A stretch of 64,000 nucleotides of DNA from Gordius albopunctatus. Lineage: Eukaryota. A program made the translations under genes and the position numbers. The stretch spans positions 17,856,001 through 17,920,000 of the forward strand of contig OZ193909.1 of assembly GCA_964276515.1 (NCBI GenBank). Direction: 5' to 3'. Below the pieces are notes generated by a model that saw nothing but the letters and a program-made list of their open reading frames with translations, searched no databases and had not been told where the DNA came from. Shown piece after piece: positions 52,517 to 64,000 of the stretch. Numbering within the stretch: position 1 is the stretch's first letter; each line of letters opens with the position of its first letter.

Positions 52517-53647
52517 TATTTAAAAAATTTCATAGTTTACCTTAATATACACAACCCCAAATTACCATAATTTTCTATAATATTGAATAAATTTGAGTAA
52601 TTAAAGTAATATGTATAGTCATTATAATATTTAACTAGTTTAATAATCTCATATTTATTTTATTATTAAAGTTATAAGTCATAAATCGAATGCCAAAACC
52701 TTAAAACTTGCGATTAAAAATGCATATAAAGCAAAGTAGCTAAATAAAGTCGCAAAAAATTCAGAACTTTGCTATATCTGAAATTTAAAAAATCAATTTT
52801 TTATGAAATAAAAGAAAAAAATCCACATTTTTGGCTAAAATAATATAGATGCTAAATACTTTACACTATTAAACTTAATTTCAGGTCATATGAATGATAA
52901 GTTTAGATTTTATACCATTTCAAACTTTGAACTCAATTGCACTCCAATTATCAGCTAGCGATTTGGGGGAATAAAATATTATCATATTATTCATAAATAT
53001 ATGCCACTTGTCACATCTGTATAATCACAAACTTTATAAAATATAAAATACAAAATATTAAAACATACAAAAAAACCGATCCGTAGTTTCTAAAATATAA
53101 GTTTTAAAATAAAAAACATATTATAGCCATTTCTAATAAAAATTATAAAAGGGTAAAAAAAAGTAATTTTTAGAGATAATGACCGTTTCAGCCTTTATTA
53201 TAAATAAGACACCACAAACATAATTTTAATTAAACGTACTTATTTATACCTCAAGTTGCGTACGCTAAAAAATCAAATTCAATCTCATTTTTGTTTAGTT
53301 AAGTCCATTATTTTCCGAGAATGCTTATATATAAATATAATAGATGCTTTATGATATAAGCTTAGCAGATTTAAAAAGTAACTCCCAGAATATTCTTTTA
53401 TTAAATCTACTCATTTCTTGTACATTTTTTGTTGCTTCTACTCCCCCTTTCAGGCATTTTTATCTGTGACATATAATGCCCCATGCATCAAGTATCATAC
53501 TCAGCTAATGATGTACGCCTGTTAGAGAACGCATTGTGCGTGATCGGGTATAAGTTGAAAGTTCATTTGCAACTTAACATCACTTATAATATAAGTGAAA
53601 GATATACGATCATGTGGGTAATACATTCATTTAAAAAATGATTGCAG

Positions 53648-56054
53648 ATGGATGAAAACTATTTTATAACAGGCTTATCATTAGCCATGAGTTCGTCTAT
53701 ATTTATTGGAACAAGTTTTATATGGACAAAAAAAGGCATTTTGAGGGCCGCTCGCTACTCCACACGTATTATTGTTTATTTCATTTTTCCATAACTGTGA
53801 ATAGATAACTCATATAACTATCTAAAAGAATGGATTTGGTGGCTTGGACTTATTTCAAGTATTATATAAGCATGTGATTTATAATAAATGTTATTTATTT
53901 AATTTAAAAAGTTTTGTTTATTTAACATTAATCTAAATTGTGAATATATTACCATAGATTAAAACTATGCCTAAAAATTGATCATAATATCCAATATTCA
54001 CATTTTGTTAGCTACTTATTGATTAAATACATTTTTTTTTATACAAGTCTAGATTTTTCTCATCAAAAATGTTTTAATTATAAAGTTTTTATTTCATAAC
54101 TTTCCATGAATGAAAGTATTATAAATTTCTAAAAAAATGTTTAAACACCAACCACTTTTATTTTTTTTCCTTAGAAATTTGATGTTTATATTGATTGCTA
54201 TAACATTGATTAATTAAATTTTTATTAATAGTGGGTATTGGTGAGCTAGCCAATTTCTCTGCCTACATGTTTGCACCAGCATCCTTAGTAGCTCCTTTAG
54301 GATCTCTCAGCGTTTTAGTCACAACTATTTTATCATCAAGATTTTTGGGAGAGAGTTTAAATATTTTTGGCAAAATTGGTTGTGCACTATGCATACTAGG
54401 AGCTTCTGTTTTGATCATTCATTCCCCCAAATCATTTGACATAAAAGATGTGAGGGATTTGCAAGGCAAAATTTTGCATCCAAGTAAGTCTTATTTGTTT
54501 TCTCTTTTTAGGCCTTTAAAGATTCACTTTTTCCCATAAATACCTTTTTAATTTATTTAGCGGTCAATGTATAAAGGGATAGACCAAAACACCAACTTAA
54601 CAATGTCCTAAATAAACTTCACAATCTTTTTAAGATGATTAATAAAAAAGCTATCTTTGAAATAAATTAGCCAGAATCCAAATCATATTTTTATATTTTA
54701 TTTCCAGAGGTGTTAATAAATTCCCAACCCAATTTTTATAAAAAATTTTATCCCATTTGTTCAAATCGCTTCTTTGAGGCAAAAAATTCGTAATTTACTA
54801 TATATTTTGTTTTTAGGTTTTCTCGCCTACACTTTCGTTTGTGTTTTGGTCCTATTGCTTTTGCACTTATACTTAATACCAAAACGAGGCAAATCCAACG
54901 TTTTACTCTACGTGTCGGTATGTTCAATCTTCGGATCTTACACCGTCATGGCTAGCAAGGGCCTGGGTATGAGCTTAAAATGCTTTTTTGCTGTAAAATG
55001 CAATTAAAATAACCGACATTTTGCTTGATACACTATTTTGTTTTATAATCGGGGAGCTAGTTTACTTTTTACAGCGACTAAGTTTGAAATGTTAAACGAA
55101 TGACAAGCAGAATGAACATGGTAATCCTTATAGGATGGTTATGGAATTACCTTTTTGCAGGAACAATGCTTTTTAACTTATAAATTTTTACGCTGATTTA
55201 GAGCTTAATCATACCAAACGATGGTCTATATTGTTAGATAACAAACTAAATATCAACAAAACATCACTTATTGCCCATTAAAAGATTTCCTTTAACTTCA
55301 CGCTTTTTTAAACTACAGATCCAATTTTTTGCAAATCGTAAGCGATATTTTGTTTTGCGCCTATCTAGAACGCTCTTTTTAACACACATAAATTATGTTA
55401 AACAAATTTAAGAGGGGGACGGGTACAAAGGAAAGTCTTCCTGGACGTAGCCAGCGTTGGAATTAGGGGGGGGGCAATAATGGGGAAAAAAGGATTATTT
55501 TTTCAAATTTTACCCGAATTTTAATAAATTTCCAAATTTTTGGGATTGAGGGGGGGGGGCAGCCGCCTGCCCCTTGGCTACGCCCATATGCGGGATTATC
55601 CCATACACAACTCATACTCACATAACTCGCAGGGGTGGCCATCAAACAGACTACGAGTAGTCGAAACGAAGATAACGCTTTCCGTTACGCCATAACGTGG
55701 GCTTGCGTCGGTACCGTGCTCTCCTGCATCGTAGTACAAATGAATTACTTGAACAAGGCGTTGCAAACCTTCAACACCGCCTTAGTTACTGCCGTTTACT
55801 ACGTCTTTTTCACGACTTTAGTCATATTCTCCTCCACGCTTTTACTCAACGAATGGCAAAAATTGCCTCTGACCGACATTTTTGGAAACGTGTGCGGGTT
55901 TCTCATCAGTTTGATCGGTGTTTTCATGCTTAAGGCCTTCAAAGATCTCAACCTCAGTCCTCCCCCTTTGGACGTTGGTGGTTTTGGAAAGAGCTCCGAA
56001 AATCTGATGTTCGCAACTCCACAACCTTTTTCCCATCTCGTGTCGGACACTTGA
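53648..56054 (+). CDS. NIPA2: NIPA-family magnesium transporter; 5 exons
   Basis: GLSLAMSSSIFIGTSFIWTKKG, YLKEWIWWLG, GELANFSAYMFAPASLVAPLG, LYVSVCSIFGSYTVMASKGLG, QMNYLNKALQTFNTALV..YYVFFTT. GT-AG junctions. Confidence 0.92.
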
Positions 56055-57029
56055 ATTATTGATCGCCTCTACAATACCCATAAATAATGAATGTCGCATA
56101 GAGATATTTAAAGAATTTCCAGTCGTCAGGAACACTTATAGTTAATTGTTCTGCACTTTATGGGCTTACTCCTCATCAGTAAATTGTCCGAATAGTCTTG
56201 ACAATGTACTATTGCCTAATGATATTTTATATCGAGATCGATGTGTGTACACTTAATTGAAATCTCGTGTTTTAATATGTTTTCCCCTAAAATTTTACGC
56301 GTGTTATATATTGTTACAGTATTTTAAAGCGACGCGATTATGTTATACTACTATTTAACCTTTACATTTGTAGAAGCATAATATATCGAAACTACTTTCT
56401 AGTTTTTTTAAGCAAATGAATGCAATTGTTATTATCACTCATCAGCACTTTTTTTATAGAAAATTGATCCCTCTTTGATTTTCTAGCATTGTATTTTTTG
56501 CCATATTCATGTGCAAGCTGTGGCACGGATTTCGAAAGAGAAATTAGACCTATGTATTCCTTAGTAATTGTGAATATATTAAAATTAAATTCTAAAATAC
56601 ATTTTTACAATCTTGTTAGTATTTTTTTAATATATCAACGTTTTTGCAAGTTTATTGTTAGACAGCTCAGCTCACGCCTGTTCGATCTAACATAAGTATG
56701 CTTTTATTGCGAATACGCTTCTGAAATATTCGATTCGGATTCGATTTTTTTCAAAAAAAATATTCGATTCGAGATTCGTCGAATATTAAAATTAAGATTC
56801 GAATTCGATTCAAAAAAAATTTAAGGATTCGAATTCGATTCGAATATATATCAACATTTTTTAAATTAAAATTTAAATTCAAAAAAGACTAACTGTGATT
56901 TTTATTGCATATATATTTAAAAAATTTATTCAAAAATCTTTAAGAGTACACACATTGAAAATAAAAAGATAAAAGGCGAACAAAAGATTAAAGCGATATG
57001 AGTAAAACAATCAACAAATGTTTTTTAGC

Positions 57030-58328
57030 CAATTTTTAAGACAAATTATTTTCCTAACACTTTCTTCCTTAAAGGATTGCTTGTGTTTCGTCAATAAATT
57101 TGTGCCAGTTGAGAATATTCTTTCGCAGGGGGTAGATGATCATGGTATGGAAAGAAAATTTTTGCAATTTTTTGGATGGCTGGAAAACGACGTTGATTCG
57201 ATTTCCACCATTGTAAAGGCTCAACATTGGAGGCCACCCGTTGTTCGTTTAAATATGTCTCCAATGGAGACTTCGCGTTCATATCACTTTTAAATAGACG
57301 ATCGAGGGCTGATACCTCGCTAGTTGGGACAAAATCAAGCTGACTTCCTATAGCAGCTTTCGAGTCATCTTTAATTTCGCTATAAGATATGTCGTGTATT
57401 GGTGATAAACACTCAAAATATTGAATTTTGAGTCTTGGATCGACGACACTCGCTAATAAGGCTATTTTCTTATTAAATGCCATATATTTTTCAATTTTCT
57501 GCTTAGCCATTTTAACAGAATGATCTTCTACGGTGGCCAAAGTTTCTATAAGTTGGTAATATACGGGTAATACTAAATTCATCGTGGGATATACTCCCCG
57601 GATATTAAATTAGTGGCACTGTAAAAGGGAAAAAGTAGGAATTTACGCCTTTCAATTTCTTCCCATTCGACGTTGGATAATAATTCCTCTTTGTAGAATT
57701 TAAAGGCTAAATCGTCCAATGCCTGCCTCATTAAAATAGCCTTTTCAATCATTATGTAGGTGCTATTCCACCTGACTGCCATGTCGAGTTTCACCTTTAT
57801 GTAATTGATAGGCGGGTCAAATTCTTTGCAAATAGCCTTTAGTCGTGATATATTTTTGGGCTGTCTGGCTATTTTTATCAAGGTCCTTAATTTAATTAAA
57901 TTACGATCTACATTCTCCATAACCTGTTTAGCTGCTAGGTTTATGATGTGTCCCATACAGCGAACACCCACAATATTTAACGAGGGGAATTTACTTGAGA
58001 GGACCTCAATAAATGAAACATTATTCCTGGCATCATCTAAGGTAATTGAACAATCGTTCAAGCTGATGCCATTATTGTTTAATATTGTTAGAAAAACATC
58101 ACATATGTTTTCTCCTGAATGTTTATCAATAAATGGATGGCAATCTACTAAAATATTTTCTAGCTCCCATTTATCATTAATAAAATGACATGTTAATGCT
58201 AGGAATGGGACCCCAATGGGAGATGACCATATGTCAATGGTGTAATTCAATTGTGAACAAACTTGCGATAATTTTAATTTAATTTGTTTTGATGTTTCTA
58301 TATAGACTTCGTCTAAATATTTTTTCAT
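57030..58328 (-). pseudogene. 5'-truncated, frameshifted hAT transposase (left arm)
   Basis: TIDIWSS, TLDDA, CMGH, VRWNS, DPR and WW motifs split over frames; no BED finger. Confidence 0.85.
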
Positions 58329-58334
58329 TATAGC

Positions 58335-59048
58335 CTACGCTCCATCACGTTAAGCGAATCCGAAAAGCGTTACTCAACGATTGATCGGGAAGCTAGAGCG
58401 ATCGTCTATGGTGTCGAAAAATTTAATCAATATTTACGGGGACGGAAATTCACGTTAATGACGGATCATAAGCCCTTAGAGCGATTGTTTGGAAATAATC
58501 GCGATTTACCTAAAGTGGTCAATAACAGATTAGTTCGATGGGCATTATTTTTAAATACGCATAAATATGAAATTAGATACAGATCGGGTAAATCAAACAA
58601 ATGCGCAGATGCCTTATCAAGACTCCCAAATCCTACAAATAATGACACCAAACACATAAATAACATAAGTCTATTAATGTTGGATGATTTTAAACTAGAT
58701 CACAACACATTAAGAAACTCGATCAAACATGATTCGTTGTGCTGCGAATTAATTTCGTCAATTAAACGGGAATGGCGACTCGATTTAAAAAAATGTCGAT
58801 TTGATTTACGACATTATTATAATCGTAGAGATGAATTATCATTCGAGGACGGATTATTATGTTGTGGAAATCGTTTGATTATACCGAATAAACTCCGAAG
58901 GCTTGTTTTAAAGATATTACATCAAGGTCATCCAGGGATTTCGGGAATGTTAAGTTTGGCAAGATATTATGTTTGGTGGCCTGGGTTGGCCAAAGATATT
59001 GAATATTTTGTAAAAGGGGTATCTAATTTCATATTTATGCGTATTTAA
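58335..59048 (+). pseudogene. Ty3/gypsy pol fragment (end of RNase H to integrase zinc finger)
   Basis: TDHKPL, RWALFL, ADALSRLP, LHQGHPG..YVWWPG. Repeated after the gap (59602-60119). Confidence 0.85.
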
Positions 59049-59401
59049 AAATAATGCCCATCGAACTAATCTGTTATTGACCACATTAGGTAAATCGCGA
59101 TTATTTCCAAACAATCGCTCTAAGGGCTTATGATCCGTCATTAACGTGAATTTCCGTCCCCGTAAATATTGATTAAATTTTTCGACACCATATACGATCG
59201 CTCTAGCTTCCCGATCAATCGTTGAGTAACGCTTTTCGGATTCGCTTAACGTGATGGAGCGTAGGCTATAATGAAAAAATATTTAGACGAAGTCTATATA
59301 GAAACATCAAAACAAATTAAATTAAAATTATCGCAAGTTTGTTCACAATTGAATTACACCATTGACATATGGTCATCTCCCATTGGGGTCCCATTCCTAG
59401 C

Positions 59402-59601
59402 NNNNNNNNNNNNNNNNNNNNNNNNNNNNNNNNNNNNNNNNNNNNNNNNNNNNNNNNNNNNNNNNNNNNNNNNNNNNNNNNNNNNNNNNNNNNNNNNNNN
59501 NNNNNNNNNNNNNNNNNNNNNNNNNNNNNNNNNNNNNNNNNNNNNNNNNNNNNNNNNNNNNNNNNNNNNNNNNNNNNNNNNNNNNNNNNNNNNNNNNNNN
59601 N
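59402..59601. other. Assembly gap (200 N)
   Basis: Run of N. 58531-59401 is duplicated directly at 59602-~60472. Confidence 0.99.
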
Positions 59602-60341
59602 TAGTTCGATGGGCATTATTTTTAAATACGTATCAATATGAAATTAGATACAGATCGGGTAAATCAAACCAATGCGCAGATGCCTTATCAAGACTCCCAA
59701 ATCCTACAAATAATGACACCAAACACATAAATAACATAAGTCTATTAATGTTGGATGATTTGAAACTAGATCACAACACATTAAGAAACTCGATCAAACA
59801 TGATTCGTTGTGCTGCGAATTAATTTCGTCAATTAAACGGGAATGGCGACTCGATTTAAAAAAATGTCGATTTGATTTACGACATTATTATAATCGTAGA
59901 GATGAATTATCATTCGAGGACGGATTATTATGTTGTGGAAATCGTTTGATTATACCGAATAAACTCCGAAGGCTTGTTTTAAAGATATTACATCAAGGTC
60001 ATCCAGGGATTTCGGGAATGTTAAGTTTGGCAAGATATTATGTTTGGTGGCCTGGGTTGGCCAAAGATATTGAATATTTTGTAAAAGGGGTATCTAATTT
60101 CATATTTATGCGTATTTAAAAATAATGCCCATCGAACTAATCTGTTATTGACCACATTAGGTAAATCGCGATTATTTCCAAACAATCGCTCTAAGGGCTT
60201 ATGATCCGTCATTAACGTGAATTTCCGTCCCCGTAAATATTGATTAAATTTTTCGACACCATATACGATCGCTCTAGCTTCCCGATCAATCGTTGAGTAA
60301 CGCTTTTCGGATTCGCTTAACGTGATGGAGCGTAGGCTATA

Positions 60342-61640
60342 ATGAAAAAATATTTAGACGAAGTCTATATAGAAACATCAAAACAAATTAAATTAAAATT
60401 ATCGCAAGTTTGTTCACAATTGAATTACACCATTGACATATGGTCATCTCCCATTGGGGTCCCATTCCTAGCATTAACATGTCATTTTATTAATGATAAA
60501 TGGGAGCTAGAAAATATTTTAGTAGATTGCCATCCATTTATTGATAAACATTCAGGAGAAAACATATGTGATGTTTTTCTAACAATATTAAACAATAATG
60601 GCATCAGCTTGAACGATTGTTCAATTACCTTAGATGATGCCAGGAATAATGTTTCATTTATTGAGGTCCTCTCAAGTAAATACCCCTCGTTAAATATTGT
60701 GGGTGTTCGCTGTATGGGACACATCATAAACCTAGCAGCTAAACAGGTTATGGAGAATGTAGATCGTAATTTAATTAAATTAAGGACCTTGATAAAAATA
60801 GCCAGACAGCCCAAAAATATATCACGACTAAAGGCTATTTGCAAAGAATTTGACCCGCCTATCAATTACATAAAGGTGAAACTCGACATGGCAGTCAGGT
60901 GGAATAGCACCTACATAATGATTGAAAAGGCTATTTTAATGAGGCAGGCATTGGACGATTTAGCCTTTAAATTCTACAAAGAGGAATTATTATCCAACGT
61001 CGAATGGGAAGAAATTGAAAGGCGTAAATTCCTACTTTTTCCCTTTTACAGTGCCACTAATTTAATATCCGGGGAGTATATCCCACGATGAATTTAGTAT
61101 TACCCGTATATTACCAACTTATAGAAACTTTGGCCACCGTAGAAGATCATTCTGTTAAAATGGCTAAGCAGAAAATTGAAAAATATATGGCATTTAATAA
61201 GAAAATAGCCTTATTAGCGAGTGTCGTCGATCCAAGACTCAAAATTCAATATTTTGAGTGTTTATCACCAATACACGACATATCTTATAGCGAAATTAAA
61301 GATGACTCGAAAGCTGCTATAGGAAGTCAGCTTGATTTTGTCCCAACTAGCGAGGTATCAGCCCTCGATCGTCTATTTAAAAGTGATATGAACGCGAAGT
61401 CTCCATTGGAGACATATTTAAACGAACAACGGGTGGCCTCCAATGTTGAGCCTTTACAATGGTGGAAATCGAATCAACGTCGTTTTCCAGCCATCCAAAA
61501 AATTGCAAAAATTTTCTTTCCATACCATGATCATCTACCCCCTGCGAAAGAATATTCTCAACTGGCACAAATTTATTGACGAAACACAAGCAATCCTTTA
61601 AGGAAGAAAGTGTTAGGAAAATAATTTGTCTTAAAAATTG
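60342..61640 (+). pseudogene. 5'-truncated, frameshifted hAT transposase (right arm)
   Basis: Inverted copy of 57030-58328 with the same frameshifts; one visible amino-acid difference (SKFP/SKYP). Confidence 0.85.
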
Positions 61641-63207
61641 GCTAAAAAACATTTGTTGATTGTTTTACTCATATCGCTTTAATCTTTTGTTCGCCTTTTA
61701 TCTTTTTATTTTCAATGTGTGTACTCTTAAAGATTTTTGAATAAATTTTTTAAATATATATGCAATAAAAATCACAGTTAGTCTTTTTTGAATTTAAATT
61801 TTAATTTAAAAAATGTTGATATATATTCGAATCGAATCTTAATTTTAATATTCGACGAATCTCGAATCGAATATTTTTTTGAAAAAAAAATCGAATCCGA
61901 ATCGAATATCCCAGAGGCGTAATTCAAAAAATCAAATTTATGATTTTTTAAGGATTTAATTCGGATTTTCGAATCTTAGCAATTAAATATTCGATTCGAA
62001 ATTTACACATAACGATTCGAATATTTCCCAGAGGCTTAATTGCGAACTATAAGTTACAGCTATTTTTTCAGTATTTGACAAAGGATACTAATTTTACTTT
62101 TTTGTATTCTTAGATTGTATATACAGATGCAAAGTTTTAACCCATTCATAACACAATTATGTTATAAAGAAAGTGAGTAAACAGAAATTTGTGTAAGATT
62201 AATTAAATGTTTGTTCAGAATTTATTACTTTAATTTCATAATACTGTGCAATGCATCAGACAATATTTTTTTATAAATTTATGTTTCATTAAGATCACAC
62301 GGGATACCTAAAAACACCAATGCGTATATTGGCCCTCATATACAAAACAATGGAAAAATTTCTGCTTGTTGAATGTTAAAATTTGTCAAATTGCTTACAA
62401 TAAGGATAAATATATATGTATATTGAAAATAATCATGACATTATATTTAAGCAAATATTAAAGTTTCGAGTTTTTGTTTATCCAATCTATATATCTCGCC
62501 AAGTTTACGTAAACACCAGGTTTATGGACCCCGAGACAGACGGTTCCCCACGAAACGAGACCCCAAACTTTTTTACTACCACCTATGTGACAACCCTATA
62601 TTATTAATAAAATACTTTCGTTCTAAAAACCAAAATATAATATGGATTTAAATAATATTTATCTAAAAGGTCACTGTCACCTGCAATTTGTTGCAAGCTT
62701 GATTGGCCATTTTAGGTTAAAAATATTGTAAATAATACATCGTTAAATATAAGAATTTTATTTTACATTTGAAACCTAGGAGGAATGTGATTTTTCCATT
62801 TTGATTCCCTCAGATCTTGTTTATAACGTATATGAATCTTCACTACACCGTGCACTTTAATTATTTTTGAACGAATTTAAAAAAATCTATTATTACAATC
62901 TCAAATGCGTTGATAACACAATATTAGGTTAGGTTCAATTGTTAAAGCACGGAGACATCTTTCGCGGTTAATAATAGTATTTAGACAGCCTACCCTTGTT
63001 AACATGAATGCCTTCTCTTGACATTGTAAGCGCTAACAAAATTAATATGAATATTACATTTTTTATTTCTTTGATTGTTAAAAATCCAGAGGTATATTCT
63101 AAACATTAAATTGTCTATCATAAAGCCTAATAACTTGTTGCAAGCATTAAATTGGCAACTGTGGTTCACAATTGTTGTTACAAATTAGAAATTTAAATCA
63201 ATAATAA

Positions 63208-64000
63208 TAACTCGGGCCTTCGGCCCTCGTGGGAAGGGGAGGAGGGGAAGGAAGGGGGAACTCATCTACACTCCGTATAAATGTATCATATTTGCTATTC
63301 AATTTATGGAAATACTTACGTGAATATTGCAAAACGAAGGTTGGAAGCACTAAATAAGTGTATATGACAAATATCATAAAGGGGGAGAGAGGGAGCGAAG
63401 GGGAAGCTTTATGGTTAGTTAAATTCTACGGGAGTTGTATTACCAAAAAGTCATAATAGCAATGGTAGGAACAGGAACAATCATAATAGTCAAAAAAAAC
63501 GAAAAAAAAATTTTCGAATCACATTTTGGCCAAAGGTCATTTTTTTCTATTGGTCAGCAGCCAGGACACGGTAAAAGTGGATATAAATTCATAATAGTCA
63601 AAAAAACGAAAAAAAAGTTTTCGAATCACATTTTGGCCAATGGTTATTTTATTCCATTGGTCAGCAGCCAGCGGACGGCCAAAAAGTCATAATAGCAATG
63701 GTAGGAACAGGAACAATCATAATAGTCAAAAAAAACGGAAAAAATAATTTCGATTCACATTTTGGCCAATGGTCATTTTTTTCCATTCGTCAGCAGCCAG
63801 GACACGGTAAAAGTGGATATAAATTCATAACAGTCAAAAAAAAACGAAAAAAAATTTTCGAATCACATTTTGGCCAATGGTCATTTTATTCCATTGGTCA
63901 GCAGCCAGCGGACGGCCAAAAAGTCATAATAGCAATGGTAGGAACAGGAACAATCATAATATTCAAAAAAAAACGAAAAAATAAACTCGGATACACATTT
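63208..64000 (-). mobile_element. Helentron/HINE-like element with an expanded internal ~238-bp tandem array; continues beyond the window
   Basis: Terminal hairpin GGGCCTTCGGCCC (63214) and adjacent sequence are reverse-complement homologues of 5550-5645. From ~63445 a ~238-bp unit made of two related subunits repeats. Confidence 0.7.

Larger units (their letters stand above)
56714..62038. mobile_element. Palindromic composite hAT element: two inverted 3' halves of a defective transposase around a gypsy pol fragment
   Basis: 8-bp direct repeat ATTGCGAA (56706-56713/62039-62046), imperfect TIRs TACGCTTCTGAAATATTCG / CGAATATTTCCCAGAGGCTTA, and GATTC subterminal repeats. Arms ~56720-58580 and ~60090-61915 are near-identical reverse complements. 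Confidence 0.75.

Noticed and set aside
58531..60472. Direct ~870-bp duplication either side of the N gap (third hAT start, second gypsy fragment)
   Set aside because: The pattern is typical of overlapping contig ends or haplotypes left unmerged at a scaffold gap, so I do not treat it as a real tandem copy.
63445..64000. CRISPR-like repeat/spacer appearance
   Set aside because: The intervening segments repeat as well, the context is eukaryotic and there are no cas genes; it is a tandem array.

Overview
AT-rich genomic window from an invertebrate animal with very short introns (35-50 nt); I cannot identify the species. Host genes: AIMP2 (+), CHMP6/VPS20 (-), tRNA-Ala(CGC), an M13 neprilysin-like metallopeptidase (+), an uncharacterised SOCS-box protein (+) and a NIPA Mg2+ transporter (+). 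Much of the window is mobile DNA: an RTE-like LINE with a 1.46 kb (ATAC)n tail, a decayed LINE, an intact intron-containing hAT, a full-length RTE interrupted by a young Ty3/gypsy element, Helitron/Helentron derivatives and many hAT MITEs. Three things stand out. (1) A ~3.0 kb GC-rich retroelement (20338-23380, minus) lies antisense in an M13 intron. Its RT-RNase H carries hepadnavirus-type motifs, it has no integrase, recombinase, endonuclease or TSD, and it has an 80-bp terminal redundancy whose edge sits exactly at a TATA/Inr-predicted start site. (2) A twister ribozyme forms the exact 5' end of the RTE. (3) A palindromic double-half hAT composite carries a gypsy fragment and is bounded by an 8-bp TSD. 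All calls come from reading the sequence by eye; no searches or folding were run.
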